Assembly (NCBI GenBank): GCA_964549545.1
Contig: CAZJWY010000001.1
Coordinates: 23,122-87,121, forward strand
Reading direction: 5' to 3'
DNA from: an uncultured Planctomycetaceae bacterium
GTDB lineage: Bacteria; Planctomycetota; Planctomycetia; Pirellulales; Lacipirellulaceae
Length of the DNA: 64,000 bases
The position numbers were made by a program, and so were the translations under genes. Shown one piece after another: positions 8,251-18,295 of the stretch. How positions within the stretch are numbered: the first letter of the stretch is position 1; each line of letters begins with the position of its first letter. The notes below the pieces were generated by a model. That model was not told where the DNA came from. It did not search any database and saw nothing but the letters and a program-made list of their open reading frames with translations.

Positions 8251-9702
8251 ATGTCTTCACAGTTGCCAAACCGGGGCGGTCGCGCGTTTCTGCCGCCTAT
8301 TACCGCGGCGGTGCGGCAACGACTACAGGCAGTGTTTGAGCATGCGAAGAAGAGTGGCGAGAAGGCCGACTACGACTATGCACATGATCTGTTCTCGCAG
8401 TGTCTGGTGGAAGATCCGAGCAACCTGATTTATCTGCAACATTTTCTCGGCAACCTGGCTCAGAAGTATGGCAACAGCAAGAAGGGTGGGCGTTTTTCGG
8501 GGCTGATGTCGAAGGGATCGCGGATCACGCTCAACAAGGCGGTCAGCAAAGGCCAGTGGAAAGAAGCGTTCACCGCTGCCTGCGAGGCGCTCAAATCGAA
8601 CCCATGGGAGATTTCGACGCTGCTCGACGTGGCCGAGGCATACAAGGCAATCAGCAGCGACGAATGCCAGTTATTCGTGTTGCGATGGGCGCTCGATGCG
8701 GCGCCGAAGGATATCACGGTCAATCGGAAGGCGGCCGAAGCGTTGACGCGACTGGGGCAGTTCGATCAGGCGATAAGTTGCTGGCGGCGTGTCGAGCAGG
8801 CCAAGCCGGGCGACGAAGAATCTTCCAAGGCGATTTCCAAGCTAAGCGTCGAACGAACGATCCAAAAAGGTGGCTACAACGAGGAGCTACTAAAGGGATC
8901 AACGGATTCGACCGAGCTGGAACAGCGAATGGCTCAAGGTCGGCCAGAAGCAGCCGCGGCGGCGAACAAGTCCAAGATCGAAAGTTCGCAAGAGAAAGAA
9001 TTGTTGGCTGCGATTGCGGCGAACCCGGCGGATGTAGAGAAGTACCTCGAACTGGCCGAGGTGTTCAGTGCGCAGAACAGGCTGCGTGAAGCGGTTGATA
9101 TTCTGGGACGAGCGCTGGCTGCCTCGGGCGGCGGCGACCTGAGAGTTCGTGAAAGACTCGAAGACGCGAGTTTGCGGCGCGCGCAGCATCAGGTTTCCGT
9201 AGCTCAACGGCGGGCGGAGCAGGATAAGACGGAAGAGGCGGTTGACTTGGCGCGACGGATGGCGGCGCAGGCTAACCAGGCAGAGCTGGAAGTCTTCGCG
9301 GCGCGCGCTGCTCGCAATCCAGGGAATGCGTTGTTGCAGTATGAACTAGGACTGCGTTGTAAGCGGGCAGGCAAGTTCAAGGAGGCCATTCAGGCATTTC
9401 AGGCGGCCCGCGATGAGTCGCGAAACAAGGCCCAGGTACAGCTTCATTTGGGCGAATCGTTCCAATACATCAAGCAGTTTAAACTCGCCTTGTCGAGCTA
9501 CGAGGCGGCCGTGCAGGCGGCGGATACGTCTCAAATGGACACGAAAAAACTGGCTCTTTATCGAACCGGCGTATTAGCGCTGGAGCTAAACGACCGTGAA
9601 AAGGCCGAAAAATACTTAACCCAACTAGCGGCCATCGATTTTGGCTACCGCGACGTGGCCGAACGGCTGGACAAACTGGCCGCGTTACGCGATAGTGTGT
9701 GA
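8251..9702 (+). CDS. TPR-repeat protein
   Basis: Repeated helical A/L/Y-rich 34-aa-like units along the whole 483 aa; no enzymatic motif. Confidence 0.75.
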   Translation: MSSQLPNRGGRAFLPPITAAVRQRLQAVFEHAKKSGEKADYDYAHDLFSQCLVEDPSNLIYLQHFLGNLAQKYGNSKKGGRFSGLMSKGSRITLNKAVSKGQWKEAFTAACEALKSNPWEISTLLDVAEAYKAISSDECQLFVLRWALDAAPKDITVNRKAAEALTRLGQFDQAISCWRRVEQAKPGDEESSKAISKLSVERTIQKGGYNEELLKGSTDSTELEQRMAQGRPEAAAAANKSKIESSQEKELLAAIAANPADVEKYLELAEVFSAQNRLREAVDILGRALAASGGGDLRVRERLEDASLRRAQHQVSVAQRRAEQDKTEEAVDLARRMAAQANQAELEVFAARAARNPGNALLQYELGLRCKRAGKFKEAIQAFQAARDESRNKAQVQLHLGESFQYIKQFKLALSSYEAAVQAADTSQMDTKKLALYRTGVLALELNDREKAEKYLTQLAAIDFGYRDVAERLDKLAALRDSV

Positions 9703-9842
9703 TTCGTGATTGGTTCGTTGTCAGTGGTCCGTAGTCCGTGGTGCTGTCTTCGTGATGCCGCGCCAGGAGTCCGGATAGTCCCGACAGTCGGCCGTTTATT
9801 CAAACAACTGACAACGAACAACTGACAACGGACAAATAGAAA

Positions 9843-10109
9843 ATGCCCAATACAAGCAGTGCCAAGAAACGGATGCGGCAAGATGTGGTTCGCCGCATGC
9901 GGAATCGTGCGACCAAAGCCAACCTGAGATCGCAATTGCGAAAAGTGCGCAAGGCGATTTCGGAAAAGAACGCTGAAGAGAGCGTGAAGGAATTCAAGAC
10001 GCTGGTGTCGAAGCTCGACCGAGCGGCCACGCGCAAGGTGATTCACGCCAACTCAGCGGCTCGCCTGAAGTCGCGGCTGTCGGCTGCGATCAAGGCGCTA
10101 AAGAACTAG
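9843..10109 (+). CDS. rpsT: 30S ribosomal protein S20
   Basis: MPNTSSAKKRMRQDVVRRMRNRATKANLRS ... 88 aa, a typical S20. Confidence 0.95.
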   Translation: MPNTSSAKKRMRQDVVRRMRNRATKANLRSQLRKVRKAISEKNAEESVKEFKTLVSKLDRAATRKVIHANSAARLKSRLSAAIKALKN

Positions 10110-10146
10110 TTAGTTTTTTCTACGGGCGCGCCTGTGTTGAAACACG

Positions 10147-10195
10147 AGCCGCGCGGCGACGACGTTTGAGGCGTTGTTGCTGCGCGGCTTTTCTT
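10147..10195 (+). terminator. Intrinsic terminator of rpsT
   Basis: About 18-bp stem (AGCCGCGCGGCGACGACG / CGTTGTTGCTGCGCGGCT, with G-U pairs), loop TTTGAGG, followed by TTTTCTT. Confidence 0.75.
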
Positions 10196-10210
10196 GATTC
10201 GGCGCGCATT

Positions 10211-10342
10211 GACCTAGAGCAAATTACCTTTATTCGTTTTCGCAGGAGGCCGTATTGGTGGGAGATTCGGCCTGGCGGCCGACGCTAAATTGCGTTTGTT
10301 CTTTGGCCTTCCGCGGAACGCAATTTGGAAAGTTGCTCTAGG
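10211..10342. repeat. MITE-like interspersed repeat, copy B (132 bp)
   Basis: Same orientation and near-identical to 1388-1518. Terminal inverted repeat CCTAGAGCAA / TTGCTCTAGG. Confidence 0.7.
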
Positions 10343-10365
10343 TGTTGATGGTTAAGTGCTGGTGT

Positions 10366-11310
10366 TCACCATTCGATTTTCGTGGCGTCGAAGATGGGGC
10401 CTTCGACGCAGGTGCGTTTCCAGTCCCAATCGCCATCGGGTTGGCGCACCTTGGTGACGCAACTGAAGCAGATGCCGATGCCGCAGGCCATGGGCGTTTC
10501 GAGCGAGGCGAAGCAGCGTACACCGCGAGCTTGGCAGATTTTGGCCACGGCGTGCATCATGGGCTCGGGACCGCAGCAAGTGACTAGCTGATTTTGGTTC
10601 GGGCTTGCATCGAGTTCGCGAAGTAATAGATCGGTCACGAGTCCGTGATGGCCGACGGTGCCATCGTCGCTGCTGAGATGAACATCGATTCCGGCTCGTT
10701 GAAAGTCCGCAACGCCTGCGGCTAAGTCAGCGGAGCGGACTCCGTAGCATATTGTGACTCGCCGGGCCGGTTGTGTGGTTCGCGGTGGATCGCCATATTG
10801 GCGTCGGCCTAAATACTCCTGACCGAGGGCCATGAAAGGAGTCTGGCCGATGCCGCCTGCGACCATGATGAGGTGGTCGGTTTCAATGAATGGGAAGCCA
10901 TTGCCAAGCGGGCCCCAGATTTCGAGTTCGTCGCCGGCACGATACTCGGCCAGGCGATGGGTCATTTTTCCTAGCCGGAGATAGACCGCATCGATTGCTG
11001 ATGGTCGGCCTGCGGGGTCGATGATCGTATCGTAGAGGGCCAGCGGGCGGCCGAGTAAAGGGTCATTGAGGTCGGCGAGTCGCAGCATCAGAAATTGGCC
11101 GGGGACAATACGGCGGGCGATCTGCGGGCACTCGAAGCGGACGCGAAACGTGTCGCGGGCCAGTTGCACGTTTTCGATCACAGCCACGCGTACTTGCGTT
11201 GCCGAATCGGCGTAGAAATCTGCGTGCAGCGGGTTGCAGTCGGTTGAGACAGGGCTGTTCAAATTATCCTCAGCCGATGATGGTTCGTTCGCCTGGGGGG
11301 CCTTTGCCAC
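10366..11310 (-). CDS. pyrK: Dihydroorotate dehydrogenase electron-transfer subunit (FAD/NAD-binding, 2Fe-2S)
   Basis: Ferredoxin-reductase-like fold and C-terminal Cys cluster MACGIGICFSC...C. No adjacent pyrD. Confidence 0.8.
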   Translation of the reverse strand: MAKAPQANEPSSAEDNLNSPVSTDCNPLHADFYADSATQVRVAVIENVQLARDTFRVRFECPQIARRIVPGQFLMLRLADLNDPLLGRPLALYDTIIDPAGRPSAIDAVYLRLGKMTHRLAEYRAGDELEIWGPLGNGFPFIETDHLIMVAGGIGQTPFMALGQEYLGRRQYGDPPRTTQPARRVTICYGVRSADLAAGVADFQRAGIDVHLSSDDGTVGHHGLVTDLLLRELDASPNQNQLVTCCGPEPMMHAVAKICQARGVRCFASLETPMACGIGICFSCVTKVRQPDGDWDWKRTCVEGPIFDATKIEW

Positions 11311-12226
11311 GGGGCTTGGGCTTGTGGGGAGATTCTTTCGGTTTGTGGCCGCGTTTGCGGTTGTCGTCGCGCTGAGTTGGCTCCGCAGGACCGCGCGCGA
11401 CGGCTTGTTGCAGCGACTCTACTTCTTTCTTCGTCAGCGGACGGACTGCGCCGGTCGGCAAGTCGCCGAGTCTTACGGGCCCGACGGCAACGCGTTTGAG
11501 TTGCTGCACCTTGTGGCCGACGCGGGCCAATAGGCGGCGTACTTCGCGATTGCGGCCTTCGTCGAGCACCATTTCGAGAATGGTGGACTGCTTCTTGCGG
11601 CCTTTGATGCGGACATGTTTGACGCGGGCGAAACCCTCGGCGAGGTGGACTCCGCGTTGCAGCTTTGCGAGAACTTCGTTTTCGACCTGGCCGGCAACTT
11701 GAACGTGATAGATCTTTTCGACGCCGTGTCGAGGATGCGTGAGGCCGTTGGCTAGTTCGCCGTCGTTGGTCACGAGGATCAGGCCCTCGGAGGCCATGTC
11801 GAGACGACCGACGCAGAAGACACGTGGCGTGTTAGGGGGCAGCAGATCGGTCACTCGCGGGCGGCCCGCTGGATCGCGAGCGGTGCAAACATAACCGTCC
11901 GGCTTGTTGACCGCGAAGTAGGCCAAGCGGGGGCGGAGCAAGGCTTCGCCGTCGACACGGATTTCCTGTTGGAGTGGATCGACGCGGGTTCCCAACTCGG
12001 TGATGACTTTGCGATCGACTTCGACGCGGCCTTCGCGAATCAATTCTTCACACTCACGACGGCTGGCAATACCGGCTAGAGCGAGAACCTTTTGCAGGCG
12101 GTCGCCAGCTTGAGTTACTTCTGGCCCGGCACTGGTAGTTGCTCGAACGGGTTTGGCCCTGCGCGGTCGCTTCGGGGGGCCGTTCTTTGCGGGAGGACGG
12201 CGTTGTGGCTGGCGGCGCGGGGGCAT
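11270..12226 (-). CDS. rluB: 23S rRNA pseudouridine synthase (RluB/RsuA family) with S4 domain
   Basis: S4 domain RLQKVLALAGIASRRECEELIREGRVEVD. Catalytic GRLDMASEGLILVTNDGELAN. Basic N- and C-terminal tails. Confidence 0.9.
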   Translation of the reverse strand: MPPRRQPQRRPPAKNGPPKRPRRAKPVRATTSAGPEVTQAGDRLQKVLALAGIASRRECEELIREGRVEVDRKVITELGTRVDPLQQEIRVDGEALLRPRLAYFAVNKPDGYVCTARDPAGRPRVTDLLPPNTPRVFCVGRLDMASEGLILVTNDGELANGLTHPRHGVEKIYHVQVAGQVENEVLAKLQRGVHLAEGFARVKHVRIKGRKKQSTILEMVLDEGRNREVRRLLARVGHKVQQLKRVAVGPVRLGDLPTGAVRPLTKKEVESLQQAVARGPAEPTQRDDNRKRGHKPKESPHKPKPRGKGPPGERTIIG

Positions 12227-12439
12227 GGTGGCACCAAATCTTTTTCGATCGAAAACGAGCTGAAAGGCGGGTCCTCCATGATACGGGCCACGGGAAGGGA
12301 TTCACAGTGGCTGCATGGTTGAGTGGGGGTCGCTAGAAGCGGTTTCGAAAACTGTCAGGAACCGGACGCTAGCGCGTGCCGGCTGATTGGGTCGGGAACT
12401 CGCTAAATGCGGCAGACAGGAATGTCTGCCCCACGGGGG

Positions 12440-12919
12440 CTAATAGGGTGGCCGCTGTTGAGGTGCGAACGAGGGAGGCATCGGAGTGGTCACGATGGGA
12501 GGCGGGGTGGGCGGGAGAGTGGACAGGCCTGGCGCGGGTTGAACTGAGTAGGTGGTAGGTGGGCCGGGAGCAGGCTGAACGGTGTAGGGAGACGGTGCGC
12601 CGGGTGCTGGACCGATAAAGACAGGGGCGGGAGCAGGTGCAGCAGGCCTCAGGCTAAGTGGCGGAATGGTATCTTGTCGGGCGCGTTCGACCTCGTTCAC
12701 AGGAATCATGTATTCGCGTGGGCGGCCGCCGACGACTTCGGGGCCGACATCGTTCAGCACGTACGGATCGTGTTTGATGGCACGTGAGCGCTGGTACGCG
12801 GCGGTGCCGGGATGGGAAAAGTTTTGGCGAAGCTGTGCCATCTCGGGAGCGCAACCGGAGAGACAGATGGCCGCGAGGGCGATCAGAATCGGAGCGCGGT
12901 GGTTTGCGACGGATGGCAT
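12440..12919 (-). CDS. Proline-rich lipoprotein
   Basis: Lipobox LAAICLSGC; Pro-rich C-terminal half. Confidence 0.6.
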   Translation of the reverse strand: MPSVANHRAPILIALAAICLSGCAPEMAQLRQNFSHPGTAAYQRSRAIKHDPYVLNDVGPEVVGGRPREYMIPVNEVERARQDTIPPLSLRPAAPAPAPVFIGPAPGAPSPYTVQPAPGPPTTYSVQPAPGLSTLPPTPPPIVTTPMPPSFAPQQRPPY

Positions 12920-13113
12920 GTGCGTAGCGGGGATTTTCGTTTTCAGTGAGAACTGAGTTTACTGGTGATGGTCGGCGTGGCCGCCGACGCTAAGGTTCCT
13001 ATCCGCCTGGAATGGATGTTTTCCATCGACGAATGTCTCTCTTGCGTGGAGAAATCGCGGCGGAGTATAGCGGATGCTGGCAGAAACGACCAAGCGGGAT
13101 CGAGGCTTGGATT

Positions 13114-14085
13114 TCAGGGCAAATACATGTCGAGGAGGACGGCCCATTCATCGGGCGCGATTTTGACTTCGCTCGTCGAGGCTGGGATGAGGATCGTGCC
13201 GCCGCGTTGCAAGTTCCAAGTTTGGTTGTCGGCGATGAGCGAGGCGCGACCTTCGACCACCGCGAGGATTCGGAAGCGGTTGTCGTTCCGCAGCGTGTGA
13301 AGCGAGCTGAGACGAAGGCGGTCGAGGACGAACTTGTCGCAATGGACGAGGCGCTCGATGTTGGAATCGTTTGTCATCTCGGGGGTGACGGGATTCACTG
13401 GGCCACGGGCGTAATCGATTACGTTCAGCGCTTGTTCGATGTGGAGTTGGCGCGGCTTGCCGTCCTGATCAACGCGGTTCCAGTCGAACAGCCGGTAGGT
13501 CGTATCGCTGGCTTGTTGGATTTCGGCGATCAGCAAACCGGCGCCGAGAGCGTGGACGGTGCCGGCCGTAATCAAAACGCAGTCGCCCGCGCGCGGCTCA
13601 AATTCATGAAGACAGGTCTGGCAGTTGCCAATCAATGTTTCGCGCTCGAATGTTTGCCGATCCATTCCGGGCTTCAGTCCGGCGTAAATCTTGCTGCCCG
13701 GTTCGGCGGCGAGCACGACCCAGGCTTCTGTTTTGCCGAGGTCCGGCGGATCGAGCCTGGCTGCTTGTTCATCGTTGGGGTGGACCTGGACCGAGAGCGT
13801 TTGGTGGCAGTCGAGAAATTTCAGAAGCAGTGGAAATCGATTGCGCGGATGATTGCGGCCGAGGAGCGCGCTGCCGTCGTACGCGACTAGTTCGTGGAGC
13901 GTTTTGCCGGCAAGCGGGCCTTTGGCAACCACGCTCTGGTCGTTGCCGTGATCGACCACTTCCCAACTTTCGGCATAATGCAGACTGCTGCCAATCGGCT
14001 TAGCGAGGTCGGTTCCAAGCCGACGGCCGCCCCAGAGGTATTCTCGCAAAATGGGATGGAATTGTAGTGGTGGAAGTAGTGGCAT
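13114..14085 (-). CDS. manA: Mannose-6-phosphate isomerase, class I
   Basis: Cupin-type motifs ...YAESWEV... and LSVQVHPND ... GTVHALGAGL; 323 aa. Confidence 0.85.
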   Translation of the reverse strand: MPLLPPLQFHPILREYLWGGRRLGTDLAKPIGSSLHYAESWEVVDHGNDQSVVAKGPLAGKTLHELVAYDGSALLGRNHPRNRFPLLLKFLDCHQTLSVQVHPNDEQAARLDPPDLGKTEAWVVLAAEPGSKIYAGLKPGMDRQTFERETLIGNCQTCLHEFEPRAGDCVLITAGTVHALGAGLLIAEIQQASDTTYRLFDWNRVDQDGKPRQLHIEQALNVIDYARGPVNPVTPEMTNDSNIERLVHCDKFVLDRLRLSSLHTLRNDNRFRILAVVEGRASLIADNQTWNLQRGGTILIPASTSEVKIAPDEWAVLLDMYLP

Positions 14086-14252
14086 GAGTGGTTAGGAACT
14101 GGGGGGCGGAGACTGGGGGCTTGGGGCTCAAAAAGGTTGTTTTAGCATATGCCCGGTCCCCAGGTTTATCTGCTTGAGTTATGATCGATTATATCTGATC
14201 GGTTATATCACCCCCCTTCCCTGCTCCTCCAATCCCCATCCCCCAGCACGCC

Positions 14253-15308
14253 GTGCATCGCCAGTACAACGAAGATCTGTTCGAAAGCTCGAAGATGACG
14301 TTTGGGGAGCATCTGGACGAGCTTCGCGCCACGCTCATCAAATCGATCCTGGCGCTGGTGATCGGGTTTCTTGTGGCGTTGCTCTTTGCGCGGAATGTCT
14401 CGCAGTACATGCAGAAGCCGTTGATCGATGCGCTGACTGACTATTACACCACGCTCGCTCACAAGGAATATCTTCAAGAGCTGCGTCGGGAACGTCCTGA
14501 TGCTAAAGCGGAAGAGTTGGACGCGGCGGCGAACCGCCTGTCGCAAGAGCGACTCATACCAGAGGATCGGTACATTAGTCGCCAGGAGTGGCTGGAGATC
14601 TTAAAGGCGATCGAGTCGAAAGACGCAGGAAAGTCTGTGGCGAAGTTGCCGGCTCCCGAGACACTTTTGGCAACCGGGGATCTCGTCAAGATCCGAATGT
14701 ATCATCGGGTGGAAGCAGACCGGCGCGTGCGGGTGATCGCATTGGATGTGGGAGAGGGCTTTTTCATTTATATGAAAACAGCCGTCGTGCTGGGCGCCGT
14801 TTTGGCGAGTCCATTTGTATTCTATTTCATCTGGCAGTTCGTGGCGGCGGGGCTCTATCCGCACGAACAGCGTTACGTTCACATCTTTCTGCCATTTAGC
14901 ATTGGGTTGTTTCTGGCGGGAGCGGCGCTGGCGTTTTTTGGTGTCTTCCAGTTTGTGCTGAAGTTTTTCTTCGGCTTTAGCGGCTGGATGGGGATCGACA
15001 TCGAGCCACGAATCACAGAATGGTTTTCATTCGTGCTGATTTTGCCGCTTGGTTTCGGCATCGCCTTCCAATTGCCGCTCGTGATGTTGTTTTTGGAGCG
15101 GATCGGCATTTTTACGGTTGCGTCTTATTTGTCGAGCTGGCGGATTTCCGTGCTCGCGATTGCGTTCCTGGCGATGCTGTTTACCCCCAGCGATCCATAC
15201 AGCATGCTCTTGATGATGATGCCGCTCATTGGCTTGTACTTTTTTGGCATCATGTTGTGTAAATGGATGCCGCGGCAGACGAGTGAATTTGCCGACGCGG
15301 TGGAGTAA
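14253..15308 (+). CDS. tatC: Twin-arginine translocase subunit TatC (with a long loop insert)
   Basis: MTFGEHLDELRATLIKSILALVIGF; six hydrophobic helices; ...LLMMMPLIGLYFFGI. Confidence 0.9.
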   Translation: MHRQYNEDLFESSKMTFGEHLDELRATLIKSILALVIGFLVALLFARNVSQYMQKPLIDALTDYYTTLAHKEYLQELRRERPDAKAEELDAAANRLSQERLIPEDRYISRQEWLEILKAIESKDAGKSVAKLPAPETLLATGDLVKIRMYHRVEADRRVRVIALDVGEGFFIYMKTAVVLGAVLASPFVFYFIWQFVAAGLYPHEQRYVHIFLPFSIGLFLAGAALAFFGVFQFVLKFFFGFSGWMGIDIEPRITEWFSFVLILPLGFGIAFQLPLVMLFLERIGIFTVASYLSSWRISVLAIAFLAMLFTPSDPYSMLLMMMPLIGLYFFGIMLCKWMPRQTSEFADAVE

Positions 15309-17004
15309 GAATAGAAGACGATAGCGAGACAGGCCCGCGACTCGATGAGGCATCGAACGTTTCGAACGCCTCGTCCGTTTCCGTCGCCCAAGCTGCCAGG
15401 GGCTCTGGCCTGGTTGCCGTCGTTTGCCGGAAGGAAGTGCCCGTGATTGCCAAGATCGCCTGATCACGGAGTCGATGACTGATTCTCTCTGTTTTATCAC
15501 GGCGAAGAAACTTCTCAAGATTGGCCGGGCCAAGCCTCGGCGTGTTCTGTGAGCTGCTGTCGGTAAGCGTGTCGAAGAGTACGAATTGGGGCGATCGGCT
15601 CAGGGACTGTATAGACAGTAGTTCAACGAAATCGCTGCTTATTTGCGCGATCTCGGCCGTTCCCGCAGCAGGCGGCGACGCTCCGAAGTTTCCGCGCCAA
15701 ACACCGTAGTCGGCGTCGTCGATTATGCTGTTTCCGTTGCCATCGGCTCCTGTGTATTGTGGGGTGTTGGCGCCTTTGGTCTTTCGCCACACGACGTAGT
15801 CGCCCGCATCGACGAAGTTGTTCTTGTTGTAATCTCCTAACAAAGCGGGAACAACCACGGTTTGCGCTTCGAAAGCGCCGATGTCATTCGCGCCGCCGAT
15901 GACACGGGAGTAGATGTCACCGCGCTGATCGGTGGCGAGGTTTAGCGGATTAGAGCCGTGGTCGATTGCAGGGCTGTCGATCAAGAGGGCATGCGTGAAT
16001 GTTGGTCCGCCGTTGAGGGCCAGCGGAGCCAGTTGGGGATCGTCGGACGATACTGAGATCGACGGGAACATGTTATGGGATCGAATAATGTTGTTTGATC
16101 CAGTGACGATTATTTGCCCTCCGAGGTCTTCGGTGGCGTTGATGTCAAATGCGCCTACGTTCACGTCGGCTTGGGCTATGATCGAGTTGCGGATATTGGC
16201 GATGGCAACTTGCCCGGGGCCCAGGCCGATGACGTACAGGTGGCGGCCGGAGGTGGCGGAATTGTTGGTGATCGTGCTGTTGTCGATATTCACGATACCG
16301 TTTTTGGAGTAGACGCCGCCGCCGTAGCTGCGAGCGACGAGTGGGCCGAAGCCATTTGCAACTGAGTTTCCGGAAAGAGTCGAATTGAGAATGGAGACAT
16401 TGCCGCCGTCGTTGTAGATGACGCCGCCTTGGGCGGCTCCGGAGTTGCCTCCGCTACCGGCGTTGCCGCCGATCGAGGTATTGTCGTAAAGCGTACTACG
16501 GACGATTTGGAGAGTGCCCTGGTTATAGATTGCGCCGGCAAAAGCGGCGCCGCCGTTTTGACCGGATGCGCCGGCTGCTCCGCGTGTGATTCCATCGGTC
16601 AGGTTCAGCGATTCAAGAGTAAGGTTGCCGGTGGCAGCTACTCGGAAGAAACGCATTTCCGGCGCGGTGACGTCGCGACGGATAGTGATGCCGGCGGCGT
16701 TGCCGCGGATCGTGATCGGTGTCGTGACGAGGAACGCCGACAGGCCGACCGCCGAGTCGGCGGCAATGGATAGCCGCAGGTCCCCCGATAACTCGGGCGC
16801 AAAGTCGATGATGTCTGAATCGCTCGATGCATTGGCATCGTAGATGGCTTGGCGAAGCGTACCGGGGGCTTGGCCCGGACCGCTTACGCTCGCGTCGTTC
16901 AAGTTGGTAACGGTAAAAGTTGCCAGTACGCGGCGGTCTTCAAGCTTTTCGAACTTGAGACGGCGACTCGCGTGAAAGCGCTCGAACCAGGAATGACGCG
17001 TCAC
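15250..17004 (-). CDS. Secreted right-handed beta-helix protein with dockerin-like repeats
   Basis: N-terminal RRLKFEKLEDRRVLA motif. G/N-rich parallel beta-helix repeats. GDYNKNNFVDAGDYVVWRK...DGNGNSIIDDADYGVWRGNFG. Confidence 0.75.
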   Translation of the reverse strand: MTRHSWFERFHASRRLKFEKLEDRRVLATFTVTNLNDASVSGPGQAPGTLRQAIYDANASSDSDIIDFAPELSGDLRLSIAADSAVGLSAFLVTTPITIRGNAAGITIRRDVTAPEMRFFRVAATGNLTLESLNLTDGITRGAAGASGQNGGAAFAGAIYNQGTLQIVRSTLYDNTSIGGNAGSGGNSGAAQGGVIYNDGGNVSILNSTLSGNSVANGFGPLVARSYGGGVYSKNGIVNIDNSTITNNSATSGRHLYVIGLGPGQVAIANIRNSIIAQADVNVGAFDINATEDLGGQIIVTGSNNIIRSHNMFPSISVSSDDPQLAPLALNGGPTFTHALLIDSPAIDHGSNPLNLATDQRGDIYSRVIGGANDIGAFEAQTVVVPALLGDYNKNNFVDAGDYVVWRKTKGANTPQYTGADGNGNSIIDDADYGVWRGNFGASPPAAGTAEIAQISSDFVELLSIQSLSRSPQFVLFDTLTDSSSQNTPRLGPANLEKFLRRDKTERISHRLRDQAILAITGTSFRQTTATRPEPLAAWATETDEAFETFDASSSRGPVSLSSSILTPPRRQIHSSAAASIYTT

Positions 17005-17160
17005 GATGTATTCCCCCCAACCGGATGCAAATCAAGATGGATAAGACAGTGGACTCGATATCTTATCTATTGCGAGAGAAAATGCAATCACTTTATTTTG
17101 GCGAATTTGTCCGTGATATATGCAATTTTTCTCGTTTCCAGGCTCGTGGGGGCAATTTTA

Positions 17161-17799
17161 TTAGCCGGAGCTTGTAGTATCCTCCGAATGGGGAACCGAG
17201 AATTGAATTTCTGTCATGCCGGCGTCGGCACCGGCATCGAGAACGGAAACGAAGGTGCCGTGGGTCGACTCGGGCGAGCATTTGATGAGCATGCTCGTTC
17301 GGTCGTCTTTTCGCTTGGCGGCGCGGAGCTTGGATCGTAAATCTTGTTCGCTGAGAGCTTCCTCATCTTCGACCCAAATTGCATCGTCGGCATCGATCGT
17401 GACCAGGATCGAGCTGTTGTCGTTGGCCAGATCGGGAACAGCATGCAGGCTATCGGCGGCGCTGGAGGGTGCTTGAGGAACCGGCAGGTTGATGACCGCT
17501 TCGATTGACTGCATCGAAGTGACTAAGAAGAAGATGAGCAAGAAAAAGACGATGTCGACCATGGCGGTCATGTCGATCAGGTCTTTGTGCTCGACACGAC
17601 GGGATACGTACAGGAGGGGATGGTCGTTGATAGTTCGCGGCTGGGCTTCGTTGGCGGCCGCCGCACGAGCCGCGGCAGCTTCGGCAGTTGGCACCGTGAA
17701 GCGACCGCGGCAATTGGGGCAAGTCTTTTGTTTGCCGACCGAGGTATCGGCAGCGCCTAGTTTTTTTCCGCAATAGGGACAGGCAAATGCGATGGTCAT
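17161..17799 (-). CDS. exbD: ExbD/TolR-family protein with N-terminal zinc ribbon
   Basis: CPYCGKK...CPNCRG zinc ribbon, then DMTAMVDIVFFLLIFFLV (ExbD TM signature) and a periplasmic domain. Confidence 0.8.
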   Translation of the reverse strand: MTIAFACPYCGKKLGAADTSVGKQKTCPNCRGRFTVPTAEAAAARAAAANEAQPRTINDHPLLYVSRRVEHKDLIDMTAMVDIVFFLLIFFLVTSMQSIEAVINLPVPQAPSSAADSLHAVPDLANDNSSILVTIDADDAIWVEDEEALSEQDLRSKLRAAKRKDDRTSMLIKCSPESTHGTFVSVLDAGADAGMTEIQFSVPHSEDTTSSG

Positions 17800-18282
17800 T
17801 TACTTGTCTTTCTCGATGACGGCGACGTGCAGCTTCATGCCTTCGACGCTGGTTGCCGTGGCGATTCGAAACAGATCTGAAAGGCGGACTTTTTTTTCGG
17901 CTTTCAGCAACACTTCGGTTTTACCAGCGACCTTGCCTTGCTCAACCGCTTCTTGAACTCGCTTCTCTTGCTTGGCGGTATCTGTGATTGTTTCGCCTTT
18001 GTCCCCCTCGCCGAGATGGACATTTACGGATTTTCCATCCAATGTACGCGTAATTGTCATGATTACGGCGGTATCTGCATCGAGCGCCGAGACGTGTTTA
18101 GCGGTTGGCAGACTGATCTCGCTCGCGGCGACGGTGACGAACGTGATGAGGAAATAAATGTTCATCATGAACACCAGATCGACCATGGCCGTGATATCGA
18201 ACTCGGGCGGCTCGGGATCGTGGCGTCTGGCGAAAAGGTCGTCGGAGCCGATTGAACCCAAACTGAAGCTCGACGAACTCAT
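17800..18282 (-). CDS. exbD: ExbD/TolR-family protein
   Basis: DITAMVDLVFMMNIYFLITF TM signature; 160 aa. Confidence 0.85.
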   Translation of the reverse strand: MSSSSFSLGSIGSDDLFARRHDPEPPEFDITAMVDLVFMMNIYFLITFVTVAASEISLPTAKHVSALDADTAVIMTITRTLDGKSVNVHLGEGDKGETITDTAKQEKRVQEAVEQGKVAGKTEVLLKAEKKVRLSDLFRIATATSVEGMKLHVAVIEKDK

Positions 18283-18295
18283 GGCATGGACTCGC

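Noticed and set aside
13012-13890. 292-aa plus-strand ORF
   Set aside because: It is antisense to manA, which has clear family motifs. No motifs of its own; a shadow ORF.
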